The notes: generated from the letters alone by a model not told the origin. A stretch of 64,000 nt of DNA from an uncultured virus (IMG/VR IMGVR_UViG_3300047510_001499) (IMGVR_UViG_3300047510_001499), one strand, 5' to 3'; positions 1 through 9,684 are shown, numbered from the stretch's first letter. Translations and numbers: made by a program.

Positions 1-165
1 AAAGAGAATGGGTTTAAATATCACGGATTGGTGATGGATAAACCAAGAATCAAAGATGGACAAGAATATGTTTGGATTGATAATAGAAAAGTCAGAGCAA
101 TTACATACCTTGGAACTTGGTCGGAATTAAAAGAAGTGGACGCAAAAATACAAACATTTGAATAG
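1..165 (+). CDS. C-terminal fragment of a probable HAD-like phosphatase (truncated by window edge)
   Basis: Frame 1 reads KENGFKYHGLVMDKPRIKDGQEYVWIDNRK...FE*, resembling the HAD C-terminal motifs; its TAG overlaps the thyA GTG. Confidence 0.5.
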   Translation, partial: KENGFKYHGLVMDKPRIKDGQEYVWIDNRKVRAITYLGTWSELKEVDAKIQTFE

Positions 166-1199
166 TGAATCAGTTAGATGAAGATTACAAAGGATTGCTA
201 GGTAGTTGTTTGTATAATAGTATAGAAAAAACGGACCGAACGGGTACCGGAACTCTTTCAGTATTTGGTAGACAAATCAAACACCGAATGAAAGATGGAT
301 TTCCTTTGTTGACCACCAAAAAAATGGCTATCAAAACAATGATGACTGAATTAAAGTGGTTTTTGAAAGGAGATACTAATATAAAGTATTTGGTTGATAA
401 TGGTTGTCATATTTGGGATGGTGATGCTTATAAGAACTATTGTAAAATTGCCGGCTCTGTTAAAGAACCTGATTATGATATTCATATAGATGACCCAAAT
501 CAGAATTGTACTCGTTTGATGACCCAAGAAGAATTCATCAACAAAATCAAAACAAATGATGAGTTTGCTAATGAGTGGGGAGATTTAGGACCAATCTATG
601 GAACACAATGGAGAGAATGGAATTACACAGATATAGACCAAATTGCAAACTTAATCAACGAACTTAAAACAAATCCAGACTCACGAAGGTTGATGGTATC
701 TGCTTGGAACGTAGGAGAATTAAATCAAATGGTACTCCCGCCCTGTCACTACGGCTTCCAAGTTTATACCAGAGACCTGGGTCTGGATGAACGAATTGAG
801 TTATACAATAGTGATAAATTACCAATGAACCAATCTTTGGATTATTTACACGAACAATTAGACTCTATGGGAGTTCCACGAAAAGGAATCTCACTAATGT
901 GGAATCAAAGGTCAGTAGATACATTTTTAGGTCTACCATTTAACATCGCTTCCTACGCTACCCTACTAATTATCTTGGGTAAGGAGGTCAATATGATGCC
1001 AGATTATTTGATTGGAAGTTTGGGTGATGTTCACCTATATAAAAATCATATTGAACAAGCAAGAGAGCTTATTACACGAACTCCGTATAAATTACCAAAA
1101 CTTGAAATCACAAACTGTGATATTCAAAATGGTGAGTTTGATTGGGAACTCATCAACTATCAATCACATCCATCAATTAAAGCCCCTTTAAGTAATTAA
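165..1199 (+). CDS. thyA: thymidylate synthase
   Basis: DRTGTGT, GFPLLTTKK, ELKWFLKG, DSRR, catalytic LPPCH, QRSVD, GLPFNIASY, GDVHLY. Confidence 0.97.
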   Translation: MNQLDEDYKGLLGSCLYNSIEKTDRTGTGTLSVFGRQIKHRMKDGFPLLTTKKMAIKTMMTELKWFLKGDTNIKYLVDNGCHIWDGDAYKNYCKIAGSVKEPDYDIHIDDPNQNCTRLMTQEEFINKIKTNDEFANEWGDLGPIYGTQWREWNYTDIDQIANLINELKTNPDSRRLMVSAWNVGELNQMVLPPCHYGFQVYTRDLGLDERIELYNSDKLPMNQSLDYLHEQLDSMGVPRKGISLMWNQRSVDTFLGLPFNIASYATLLIILGKEVNMMPDYLIGSLGDVHLYKNHIEQARELITRTPYKLPKLEITNCDIQNGEFDWELINYQSHPSIKAPLSN

Positions 1200-1200
1200 T

Positions 1201-1794
1201 ATGAAAAAAACACTATTTCTTTTACTTGCGTTCGTATCGCTGAACGCATTTGGTCAACTACGAGATTCTTTGTGGTGGACTAATCCATATTTCAAAATCG
1301 CATATTCAGAGGTATTGGAAGAACCACGTTGGGTTCAGTATCGTGTGGCTTGTCCAACGGGTAATGCTTCAAGAGCAGGGATGGATTTCTATGTAGAAAA
1401 AGGAATCAAAACATCAGACCACAAAGACTACGAAGCAAACGAGTGGGACAAAGGTCATATGGCTCCAGCAGCTCACTTTAATTGTACTCGTGAAATGTTA
1501 TTGGAAACCTTTACCTATATGAACTGCGCTCTTCAACACCAATCACTTAATCGTGGCGTTTGGAAACATTTGGAAGCTAAAGAACGTGAACTAGCAGCTC
1601 AATATCCAATTGTGGAAGTAACCATTCGTGTTCAGTTTGATAAGAATCCAAAAAGAGTTCCAACAGGCGCAGCTATTCCAAGTGGATTCTACAAAGAAAT
1701 TAAATACGGAAACAAACGTGAGTGTTATTATTTCCCTAACACCACACCAACTTTAAAAAGTTATAATGAATATAAATGTAATTGTAGGAACTAA
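1201..1794 (+). CDS. secreted DNA/RNA non-specific endonuclease (NucA/EndoG family)
   Basis: Signal peptide MKKTLFLLLAFVSLNAFG; DKGHMAP catalytic motif; TFTYMNC..QHQSLNRGVWKHLE; IPSGFYK. Confidence 0.9.
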   Translation: MKKTLFLLLAFVSLNAFGQLRDSLWWTNPYFKIAYSEVLEEPRWVQYRVACPTGNASRAGMDFYVEKGIKTSDHKDYEANEWDKGHMAPAAHFNCTREMLLETFTYMNCALQHQSLNRGVWKHLEAKERELAAQYPIVEVTIRVQFDKNPKRVPTGAAIPSGFYKEIKYGNKRECYYFPNTTPTLKSYNEYKCNCRN

Positions 1795-1795
1795 A

Positions 1796-2944
1796 ATGAA
1801 AAAAACTCTACTATTTTTACCACTATTAGCTCTCATCGCTTGCGACCCAAAGGTGGAACCACAACCAATTCCAACTCAAAATAAAGTTATTACTTCAAAT
1901 ATTACCGAAAACACCACTTGGTATTCAGATACTGTTTATCAGTTGGGTGGTAGAATCACTGTTGTAGCCGGTGCAACTCTAACCATTGAGCCGGGAACAA
2001 TTATTAAAGGTGAAGCTGGAACTGGTGCAAACGCCACGGCGTTGTTGATTGCAAGAGACGCAAATATTGTGGCTCAAGGAACCCCAACCCTACCAATCAT
2101 CTTTACATCGGTTGCGGATGAAATTATGCCGGAAGATATCCTTGCCGGTAATTTCCAATCTCCAAACTTGGACCCAACCGTAAACGGTCTTTGGGGTGGT
2201 GTAATTGTTTTGGGTAAAGCGAGAATTTCACCAAAACCCGATGCAACAGGTGAAGTATCATCGGTTCAAATTGAAGGTATTCCAACATCAGATGCAAACG
2301 GACTTTATGGTGGAAGTGATGATAGTGATAATAGTGGTATCATTTCATTCGTATCAATCAGACACGGAGGTGCTAACATTGGTTCGGGTAACGAAATCAA
2401 TGGCTTGACTCTTGGCGGAGTAGGTTCACTTACATCAGTCAACAACATTGAAATTGTAGCAAATCAAGATGATGGAATTGAATGGTTTGGTGGTAAGGTA
2501 GATGTTTCATATGCTGTGGTTTGGAATTGTGGTGATGATGGAATTGACACCGACCAGTCGTGGGGTGGTACTTTAAGTAATTTTGTAGTTATTTCACCTG
2601 CAGGACATTGTTTTGAATTGGATGGTCCTGAAGGGTCATACGAAGAGGGTCATTTGATTACCCACGGAGACATTTATGTTGGAACGGCTCAAGACCTTAT
2701 CAATGTAGATGCAAATTCAATTGTAGATTTGTCTCACCTTTATTTTACGGATATTACATTAAATAACAAAATCAATCGTGTAGACGCTGTTGGCGTAACA
2801 TTTGATAATATTATCTTGGATGTAGATTCGGTTGAAAATCACGTTAATGGGCCAGTTCCAGCGCTTGTAGTAGCCGGTCAAATTCCAAAAGCAAATACGA
2901 GTGGTTTGAATTGGACTTGGGCTAAAATCGCAGGTAAATTCTAA
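1796..2944 (+). CDS. Bacteroidota-type lipoprotein, probable right-handed beta-helix
   Basis: Start moved to ATG 1796, giving lipobox MKKTLLFLPLLALIA-C; LTIEPGTIIKG, PIIFTS, GLWGGVIVLG, DNSG, NEINGLTLGGVG, DDGIEWFGG. Confidence 0.8.
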   Translation: MKKTLLFLPLLALIACDPKVEPQPIPTQNKVITSNITENTTWYSDTVYQLGGRITVVAGATLTIEPGTIIKGEAGTGANATALLIARDANIVAQGTPTLPIIFTSVADEIMPEDILAGNFQSPNLDPTVNGLWGGVIVLGKARISPKPDATGEVSSVQIEGIPTSDANGLYGGSDDSDNSGIISFVSIRHGGANIGSGNEINGLTLGGVGSLTSVNNIEIVANQDDGIEWFGGKVDVSYAVVWNCGDDGIDTDQSWGGTLSNFVVISPAGHCFELDGPEGSYEEGHLITHGDIYVGTAQDLINVDANSIVDLSHLYFTDITLNNKINRVDAVGVTFDNIILDVDSVENHVNGPVPALVVAGQIPKANTSGLNWTWAKIAGKF

Positions 2945-2947
2945 AAT

Positions 2948-4528
2948 ATGAAAAGATTCCTCACATTCCTACTAATTCTAACATCATTTGTTAGTTTCGG
3001 TTCTCACCTCGCCGGCGGTGATATTCAGTACAAATATATTGGTGATTCTACCGGTATAGCAAGACACTACAAAGTAATCTTACGAGTATATAGGGATGTG
3101 ACAGGAATCACAATGCCAAATACCGAAACAGTCACTATTTCATCAGGATGTTATTCAAATATAAATGTTCCAATGAATCTGACCGCCGGTAGTGGTATTG
3201 TATCACCAACCCTATTTGATTGTGTAAACCCAGGACCAAATGTAAAAACCCTTGAAGTTTACCGATACATTGGTTATGCAATTCTGCCCGGCAATTGTAA
3301 TGATTTTGTATTTTGGTATTCAAATTGTTGTAGACCACCCGGAGTGACCAATATCTCAAGTTCAAATGGAAATGGTAATGATGGATTTTATTTTGACGCG
3401 GAGTTAGATAATACTTTGGGTCAAAACTCATCCCCAATATTTGTATCAGAACCCGTTCGGGCTTTTTGTGTTAACAATCCATTCAATTGGAAGCAGAGTT
3501 CGGTTGAGTATAATGGTGATTCGGTGGTGTATTCACTTATCAATTGTAGAGAGGGAAACTATCCAAGCCAAACTGATATTCCGTTTGATTTTGGATTTAA
3601 CAAGAATCAACCCGTATCTTCTAATTACTTTAACATTAACCCCAAAACAGGTCAGATTTCATTCTATCCAACAAACCAAGAAATTGATGCTCTTTCAGTT
3701 CTAATTGAAGAATACCGATATGACTCAACTTGGATGGTGTGGACCAAGGTGGGTTCAGCATCAAGGGATATGATGATTTCAATCGCATTCAATTGTAATT
3801 CAGTTGCGATGCAAGGGGTTCAGTACGACCCTACACTATATCCAATTGATTCTATCACAGGACTAAAATACAAAGAAGTAAATTGTGGTGATACTTCGTT
3901 TGGATTGAAATTCCATATCGCGTTGGATGGGTATTCAATAAACGATATTGATTTCCGTATGACAAGAGCACAAACAAGTCAACCTCAAGCAATCAAAAAG
4001 ATTTGGTCAAATGTGGATGTAAACTACGAAACGGATTCAGTTCGTATCGTAATGTTGTATCCATTTAGTTTTGCAGGAGATTATTACCTATATTCCAAGA
4101 AAGGGAACGATGGTAACACTCTTATGAACAAATGTGGGATTGAGATGGATGAGTTTGATACTATCCTTGTTAGAGTCGGTCCGTGTCCTCCACCACCACC
4201 ACCACCGCCAATTGGACCCATTGATGACATCAGAAATGGTGAAGAGCCAAGAGACCCGTTTGAACCCAAGGCTGTGGTGATTCCAAATGTGATGACTCCG
4301 AATGGTGATAATAAAAATGATTTATTCACTATTAAAAATCTAATGGATTGGACTACACGAGAGGTAACCATTATGAATAGATGGGGTCAGATGGTGTATT
4401 ACAATTCAGACTATAAAAATGATTGGGATGGTGGAACTCTATCAGATGGTGTATACTTTGGTGTATTGTATCTATCCTATAATGATACGGTAGAAGAATA
4501 TAGCTTTGATTTGACTATTGTACGATGA
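2948..4528 (+). CDS. T9SS type-B sorting domain (gliding-motility C-terminal/CHU_C) protein
   Basis: Signal peptide, N-terminal SHLAGGDIQYKY..YKVILRVYRD, poly-Pro linker, C-terminal IPNVMTPNGDNKNDLF..MNRWGQMVY..WDG..DGVYF. Confidence 0.88.
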   Translation: MKRFLTFLLILTSFVSFGSHLAGGDIQYKYIGDSTGIARHYKVILRVYRDVTGITMPNTETVTISSGCYSNINVPMNLTAGSGIVSPTLFDCVNPGPNVKTLEVYRYIGYAILPGNCNDFVFWYSNCCRPPGVTNISSSNGNGNDGFYFDAELDNTLGQNSSPIFVSEPVRAFCVNNPFNWKQSSVEYNGDSVVYSLINCREGNYPSQTDIPFDFGFNKNQPVSSNYFNINPKTGQISFYPTNQEIDALSVLIEEYRYDSTWMVWTKVGSASRDMMISIAFNCNSVAMQGVQYDPTLYPIDSITGLKYKEVNCGDTSFGLKFHIALDGYSINDIDFRMTRAQTSQPQAIKKIWSNVDVNYETDSVRIVMLYPFSFAGDYYLYSKKGNDGNTLMNKCGIEMDEFDTILVRVGPCPPPPPPPPIGPIDDIRNGEEPRDPFEPKAVVIPNVMTPNGDNKNDLFTIKNLMDWTTREVTIMNRWGQMVYYNSDYKNDWDGGTLSDGVYFGVLYLSYNDTVEEYSFDLTIVR

Positions 4529-4743
4529 TACTAAAAAAATCCATTGGCGCATCCTATATGTGGAATGAAAACACATTATCAATGATGAGTATGTTGCAGA
4601 TGGTGATTAGAGTTCACGAACGAGCAAAAACAACAAATATTGATTATGAACAACTTGGGATAGAACAAATAGATAATGGTTCAAGCAGTCTGCGGAATAC
4701 TCCGAAACGGAGAAAGATTTCTAATAGGAAAAAGAAAGAGTGA
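4525..4743 (+). CDS. hypothetical protein
   Basis: ATGA overlap with upstream stop. Confidence 0.45.
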   Translation: MILKKSIGASYMWNENTLSMMSMLQMVIRVHERAKTTNIDYEQLGIEQIDNGSSSLRNTPKRRKISNRKKKE

Positions 4744-5080
4744 CAATCCAAACTTTGGTGGTTATTGGGAATTGCCAGGGGGTAAGATAGACCCAACGGA
4801 TGAATCCGCATACGATGCTTTGATTAGAGAATTCAAGGAAGAATTGGATATTCAAATCAAACCCATACACAAAATCAGACCCGTAGAAAAGAATGGTATT
4901 CATATGGAATGTTGGGTTGTAGACTTTGAAAGTGGTAAAGCAAAATTGATGGACCACGATGAAGTGAAATTTATTAAATTTTCAGAAATAAAAAACTATT
5001 TATTCACTCCATTATCACAAAGTTTAATACATATAACAAGAGATTCTTACCAACTATTTTTTAAATCGCCAAAGGAGTGA
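4676..5080 (+). CDS. NUDIX hydrolase (MutT-like)
   Basis: WELPGGKIDPTDESAYDALIREFKEELDI Nudix box. Confidence 0.92.
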   Translation: MVQAVCGILRNGERFLIGKRKSDNPNFGGYWELPGGKIDPTDESAYDALIREFKEELDIQIKPIHKIRPVEKNGIHMECWVVDFESGKAKLMDHDEVKFIKFSEIKNYLFTPLSQSLIHITRDSYQLFFKSPKE

Positions 5081-5081
5081 A

Positions 5082-5234
5082 ATGAAACCCATCTACGGAA
5101 TGTTCAGACGAGCACCAAAGAAAATAAACAATATAAAATCAACCCCAATCGTGTATGACTTTGAAGACGCGGATGGATGGTTTTGTCAACAAGAACGCCC
5201 ATACATTTCTTATAAAGAAAATGAAAACAAATAG
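5082..5234 (+). CDS. small hypothetical protein
   Basis: Read by hand: MKPIYGMFRRAPKK...ENK*, directly after the NUDIX stop. Confidence 0.45.
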   Translation: MKPIYGMFRRAPKKINNIKSTPIVYDFEDADGWFCQQERPYISYKENENK

Positions 5235-5406
5235 CTACGATAATCCCACGATGGTCCACGAAGTCCAATCCGATTTCGTGTGTCCTAAAGAAAATTTTGG
5301 AATAAATTCCAAAATGTTTCGTAGCGATGCTCTCAATGGTGTTGAGATTATTGAATTTTACAAGTGTGAATATGATAAGTGGTCACCAAACGAATCTATG
5401 AGATAA
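5221..5406 (+). CDS. hypothetical protein
   Basis: ORF track 5155..5406; likely start is ATG 5221, overlapping the previous ORF end. Confidence 0.5.
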   Translation: MKTNSYDNPTMVHEVQSDFVCPKENFGINSKMFRSDALNGVEIIEFYKCEYDKWSPNESMR

Positions 5407-5863
5407 AGATGAAGACAAAACTTAAAATTGGAAAATTGAAATTCAAGAACCACGAAGCTTGGTTTGCGATAGTTCTTTTGAATGTTGTTCTATGTTCTCT
5501 ATGGTTGACCATAGCGTACTTTGCGGGTATTATATGATGGAGAGTGATGATGAGCCGGGAATTGATTACAATACTATTTTGTGGGGTTCTTTTGGGGATT
5601 GCAGTTTACTTAATTAAAACCGAGAAAAAGAAATGAATAATTTATTGATGATTTTACCCTTAATCGCAATTGGAAGTTTGGCCTTCTTGTTGGGTAAGTT
5701 TATTGTGGATGTTATCCGAGGTAAATACCGTGGTTAAATACATAGAAGGACTCTTAATAATTTCTGCGCTTTTATGGGCGGGGTATATTCTATTAATTGA
5801 TATATGGAAAGACACACCATCGCCGGTATGTAAATGTGGTAAAAATCCTAAATGTAGATGTAA

Positions 5864-6475
5864 GTGAACTACGAAAACAAAATCCGTTATTGGGGTCCGA
5901 TGAGGACCGGAAGTAGAGTAGTTACCCGATTTTTAAAGTCTATTGGATTCCAAGGAGACCATTCCCATAATTTGGATTGGAATGGTGAAGAGGAATTGTG
6001 GATAAGTGTTCGTAACCCCTATTGGAGGGCAGTATCTTGGTGGATAATCCGACACGGAATTACCCATTGGATTGATGGTGAAGGAGTCCGACACGAACCC
6101 CAAAGAATGTCGTTTAGAGATTGGGTGATGTCGGACAATGAATATTTTAATCAAGGATTGGGTGGGGATGATGGATGGGATACAATTAATAGATTAAAAC
6201 AATTGGGTATAAGTCCAACTCATTTAATACGTTCAGAGAATGTGTATGAGGACTTAATGACCATTCCTTTTGTTAGGGAACGGATGACCGATGGATATAA
6301 GGGTAGATTGATTAAAATTGATGTAGAGCATTGGAAAAATCAATATAGAGATGAATACAAAGAATTAGATTACTCTACCTTATATACTCAAGAGCTAGCA
6401 GAGAGGGTATGGAACAAAAAACAATATGAAACATTTGGATTATATGACAAAGAGTCTTGGAGAAATTTTAGGTAG
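5864..6475 (+). CDS. sulfotransferase-family-like protein
   Basis: PMRTGSR (5'-PSB-like) and SVRNPYWRAVSW (3'-PB-like) motifs; LIRSENVYEDL. Confidence 0.65.
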   Translation: MNYENKIRYWGPMRTGSRVVTRFLKSIGFQGDHSHNLDWNGEEELWISVRNPYWRAVSWWIIRHGITHWIDGEGVRHEPQRMSFRDWVMSDNEYFNQGLGGDDGWDTINRLKQLGISPTHLIRSENVYEDLMTIPFVRERMTDGYKGRLIKIDVEHWKNQYRDEYKELDYSTLYTQELAERVWNKKQYETFGLYDKESWRNFR

Positions 6476-6626
6476 GAAATCCATCACGCAGGAACGAAAG
6501 TGGGTGATAGTAAAGAACGGACAAATCGTTGAACACTATATCTTGTTCCAAGATGCGGTAAAGGATAAAAGAGGTCACCTAATGACTAAAGAATATTATT
6601 TATATCACTATAAGGAAATACTATGA
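6444..6626 (+). CDS. hypothetical protein
   Basis: ORF in co-oriented run. Confidence 0.5.
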   Translation: MTKSLGEILGRKSITQERKWVIVKNGQIVEHYILFQDAVKDKRGHLMTKEYYLYHYKEIL

Positions 6627-6832
6627 CTAATGAAGTAATGTCTATACAATTCAGAGATGAGTATATGGTTATAGAAACCCTATCACGAACCTATTCTATT
6701 AAAAAGACTGAAGTGGGAGATGGGGAATGGGATTCCCTACAAGCCCAACTGTTACAGATAGCGAATAGGAGAGATAAGAAGAAAAAATACTACGATTGGG
6801 ACTCTGACCATTGGGATAGGACTATTCGTTAG
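6623..6832 (+). CDS. hypothetical protein
   Basis: Overlapping start, last ORF before terminator. Confidence 0.6.
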   Translation: MTNEVMSIQFRDEYMVIETLSRTYSIKKTEVGDGEWDSLQAQLLQIANRRDKKKKYYDWDSDHWDRTIR

Positions 6833-6891
6833 AGAAAGGCCCGTATCGCCTGATGGGGTATCACCCTTGATGATTTATCACGAAATTTTAC

Positions 6892-6917
6892 AAGCCTCCA
6901 GCAATGGGGGTTTTTTT
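6892..6917 (+). terminator. intrinsic terminator
   Basis: AAGCCTCCA-GCAA-TGGGGGTTT hairpin followed by a T-run. Confidence 0.75.
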
Positions 6918-6937
6918 ATGCTCTTTTGTACCAAAGT

Positions 6938-7082
6938 CTTTACAAAATGTGAGCATTTCACTTTACAAAATGTGAGCTATAATCCTCCAAAACTGGTCAA
7001 AAAGCACCAGATTTGGAGAGATATAGCCAGTTATAATCCTCCAAAAGTGGGTAAAAGTGGGAGATAGTGGTAGATAATGGTA
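6938..7082. repeat. nested direct repeats
   Basis: CTTTACAAAATGTGAGC at 6938 and 6961; AG(C/T)TATAATCCTCCAAAA at 6975 and 7029; degenerate 10-mer tandem AAAAGTGGGT/AAAAGTGGGA/GATAGTGGTA/GATAATGGTA at 7043-7082. Confidence 0.85.
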
Positions 7083-7375
7083 AACACGCTGTCCGTTGAA
7101 CCATTTTAAAAATTAGTTTACCAATAATGGAAAATCGTGAGCTTTAGGGCTCAATCGTTACAATGAATCCAAATGTATTAAAAAATCCTCAATTTTAATA
7201 GACACTTTTTACGGGAAGGGGTACGGGGGGAGATGACCCAGAAATTAGACTCACCAGAAGGGCGTTTTGTGTGAGGTGATAGTTTTTTTCTATGGCGATT
7301 CCGCTGGGTGTGTTTACAAATGTTAACAGCGTGATAGGTTTTCTCTATAATGGGGGAGCCCTAATGGCTAAAAAT

Positions 7376-7430
7376 TTAACAATTTAATAACATTAGGATT
7401 TGGTGGTGTTGTAGATATGTCGTATATTTG
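7376..7430 (+). promoter_or_regulatory. TTAACA direct-repeat box plus Bacteroidota-type promoter
   Basis: TTAACAATTTAATAACATT; TTTG 7399; TATATTTG 7423. Confidence 0.75.
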
Positions 7431-7480
7431 TTATGTTGGGAGTGCTGGTATATAAAAAAAATAAACTTTGGATGAAAGAT

Positions 7481-7535
7481 TTAACAATTTCTTAACATTA
7501 AAAGTTTGGCAGCTTAATTATTTGTCGTATCTTTA
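7481..7535 (+). promoter_or_regulatory. TTAACA box plus promoter
   Basis: TTAACAATTTCTTAACATT; TTTG 7505; TATCTTTA 7528. Confidence 0.8.
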
Positions 7536-7558
7536 CAGTGTAATAAGAGATAAGAGTT

Positions 7559-8116
7559 ATGAAAAACACCAAAATCAAAATCCAACTTCAAAACGAGATT
7601 TACGAACTGACTGAAAAGGCCATCCGCAATTGGGGTGGTAAGACTCAAATTTATGTCAGTCATGCTGAGGCGAGTTCATTGGTTCGCCAGTTCGCTAAAA
7701 AGTTCTTCCCCCAATATGTGGTGAAAACTTCTTCACAATCCTTCGCTGGTGGTAATTCACTTGATGTGTATGTGTCTACTAAATTGGGTGGGCCGGTTCC
7801 TCACCAAGATTTTGAACAAATCAACGAGTTTGCTAACCTATGGGAATACGGAAAGTTCAACGGAATGTACGATATCTACGAGGATTACGAAGAGTCAGGC
7901 GCCCAAACCGATAAAGGAATGGAAGTAAAAGCTGGAGTTAAATATGTCCACGTTAACAACCGAAGTCGTTTCGGTACTGTGGAAGCTATCCTTAACGAAG
8001 TTCTTAACGAGGGTCGTGGGTTTGGTGAGGTGGTTAAATACTACACCGATTCAACGGGCCGAGTGGCCAAAGCGAAAGCTGAAGTGATGTTGAAAGGTCT
8101 TGGATATCAGATTTAA
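7559..8116 (+). CDS. LPD29-like domain protein
   Basis: VRQFAKKFFPQYVVKTSSQSFAGGNSLDVY...KFNGMYDIYE...KYVHVN resembles large polyvalent protein domain 29. Confidence 0.6.
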   Translation: MKNTKIKIQLQNEIYELTEKAIRNWGGKTQIYVSHAEASSLVRQFAKKFFPQYVVKTSSQSFAGGNSLDVYVSTKLGGPVPHQDFEQINEFANLWEYGKFNGMYDIYEDYEESGAQTDKGMEVKAGVKYVHVNNRSRFGTVEAILNEVLNEGRGFGEVVKYYTDSTGRVAKAKAEVMLKGLGYQI

Positions 8117-8167
8117 CATAAACTTAACATTCAAAGTTTGGCAATCCAAATAAAATGATTATCTTTG
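8113..8167 (+). promoter_or_regulatory. TTAACA box plus promoter
   Basis: TTAACATAAACTTAACATT; TTTG 8137; TATCTTTG 8160. Confidence 0.8.
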
Positions 8168-8186
8168 TATAGTAAGAATGAGAGAT

Positions 8187-8348
8187 ATGAAAGAGAAGAT
8201 GTTGTTAAGTGAGTTCATCAAAGGGTTGGGAATGAGTAACCACCCTAATGTAGTTCAGCTACTCCCCCTACTAAAGGAGAATTTGGAGAAGAATGGTGAT
8301 GTTACCATTGAGCTGGGGATGATGAAGAAGTTAATGGAATTAAAATAA
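8187..8348 (+). CDS. small hypothetical protein (53 aa)
   Basis: Read by hand: MKEKMLLSEFIKGLG...MELK*, directly after a promoter. Confidence 0.6.
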   Translation: MKEKMLLSEFIKGLGMSNHPNVVQLLPLLKENLEKNGDVTIELGMMKKLMELK

Positions 8349-8388
8349 GTGATAATAAACAATAATAAAAATAGCTAATAACCAGTAT

Positions 8389-8628
8389 ATGAACAAGATA
8401 CAAGAATTTGAAATGTGGTTGGGTGAAATGGACAACCGCTTGCAAGAAGCCAATAAGAAAGGCGTTCCCCTTATAGTAGAGGATATGAAGAAGGAGAAGT
8501 ACCCACAGGGTTATCTCCCCAAGATTGAATACTGGCTTGACAAGGTAGAGAATGGGCGAACCAAGGAAGGGCGGGCCCACGCCAAGGCCAAAGTCCTGTA
8601 TTTCCTAAAACGGCAGATGGAGTTGTAA
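8389..8628 (+). CDS. hypothetical protein
   Basis: ORF track; plausible composition. Confidence 0.65.
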   Translation: MNKIQEFEMWLGEMDNRLQEANKKGVPLIVEDMKKEKYPQGYLPKIEYWLDKVENGRTKEGRAHAKAKVLYFLKRQMEL

Positions 8629-8681
8629 TCCCAGCCCTAAACCCCCGTAAGCCGCTAAAGGTGATGAAAGATACTCGTGCA

Positions 8682-8866
8682 GGGGGGGGGGGGCAATTAC
8701 TTGTAAATGGCTGAAGATGAATGAGTTAGAAACGCGTGTAGTCCGTTTTCATGCGGAGCCCGGTTTTTTCGCTGGGGAAATAAGTCCCCTCCTAACCCGT
8801 GAGTCCACGGGCGATGTTACTTGTTCGGGCGGTGCTGGTTATCTGAGCGGTGCTGGTTATCTGAGC
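8682..8866. repeat. G12 homopolymer and 18-bp tandem repeat in a GC-rich non-coding patch
   Basis: G x12 at 8682-8693; GCGGTGCTGGTTATCTGA x2 at 8829-8864. Confidence 0.9.
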
Positions 8867-8984
8867 TATCTTAATAATTGTTTGGGTGACCTTTTTGAAG
8901 TTCCAAATTGGTACTTCAAGTCCATCCATTGGTTATATAAGGATACACTCTAATAATGAATGATTATAAGTTTTAAACCTAATT

Positions 8985-9016
8985 TTTGGCAGTCTCACAT
9001 TTATTTTGTATATTTG
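8985..9016 (+). promoter_or_regulatory. Bacteroidota-type promoter
   Basis: TTTG 8985; TATATTTG 9009. Confidence 0.75.
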
Positions 9017-9020
9017 TCCT

Positions 9021-9233
9021 ATGAAAGATATCATCTACTATGTTCAAGCTCATCGTGTAATCAAAGACAATCCGCTATTGGAGAACCATTCCTATGTGGT
9101 TGGGATTTTTACGGATTCCCTTCACGCTCAAAGGGTTGCTGAAGCGGAGGAGATAGAGAGGGGTGGTAAATACCAATGTGTTGTATATGAGGGAGTTATG
9201 AATGTTAATCTACACGAAGTATATGACCTCTGA
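9021..9233 (+). CDS. hypothetical protein
   Basis: ATG 4 nt after the -7 element. Confidence 0.65.
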   Translation: MKDIIYYVQAHRVIKDNPLLENHSYVVGIFTDSLHAQRVAEAEEIERGGKYQCVVYEGVMNVNLHEVYDL

Positions 9234-9504
9234 ACAAATCTCTGCTCTAAACACTATGGTGTTGTCTACTAAAAGTGGTTGTTTTGAAGTTATGTATGCT
9301 GGAGGTTTAGTAGTCCTTTCAGTATTAAAGTCATATGACCCTATTACTAATAGAGGACATTGGTCCCTTTCGTATGGTTCTTATATATCTGACTTATATA
9401 GTCATAGAGAGATTTCTCCTTATGATAAGGGTGTACTTCGTTATATGTATAATGAATATATGACATATTATAATAAGTTACTATCTAATAATAGAGCTAT
9501 TTAA
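9223..9504 (+). CDS. hypothetical protein
   Basis: ORF track, start adjusted. Confidence 0.55.
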   Translation: MTSEQISALNTMVLSTKSGCFEVMYAGGLVVLSVLKSYDPITNRGHWSLSYGSYISDLYSHREISPYDKGVLRYMYNEYMTYYNKLLSNNRAI

Positions 9505-9522
9505 TTTTTATATCAAATTTTT

Positions 9523-9684
9523 ATGAACGCACTGAAACGTAGATTACTAACCAAATGGTTTGTAGAATGGTTGGATTCCGAAAAAGACACGGAGTTATTG
9601 GATATGACCAAGTTGATGATTGAACGTAGAACCTTACAGGTCCGTGGTCCCATCAAGGTTATCGGATTTCGTAAAGACCTTTAA
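9523..9684 (+). CDS. small hypothetical protein
   Basis: Read by hand: MNALKRRLLTKWF...RKDL*. Confidence 0.55.
   Translation: MNALKRRLLTKWFVEWLDSEKDTELLDMTKLMIERRTLQVRGPIKVIGFRKDL

Noticed and set aside
165..1199. ThyA homologue as a base-modifying hydroxymethylase
   Set aside because: Retains canonical dUMP-specific PFNIASY and the other standard ThyA motifs
6867..8953. ORFs 6867-7067 and 8717-8953
   Set aside because: They run through a terminator or DNA repeats; peptide repeats simply mirror the DNA repeats
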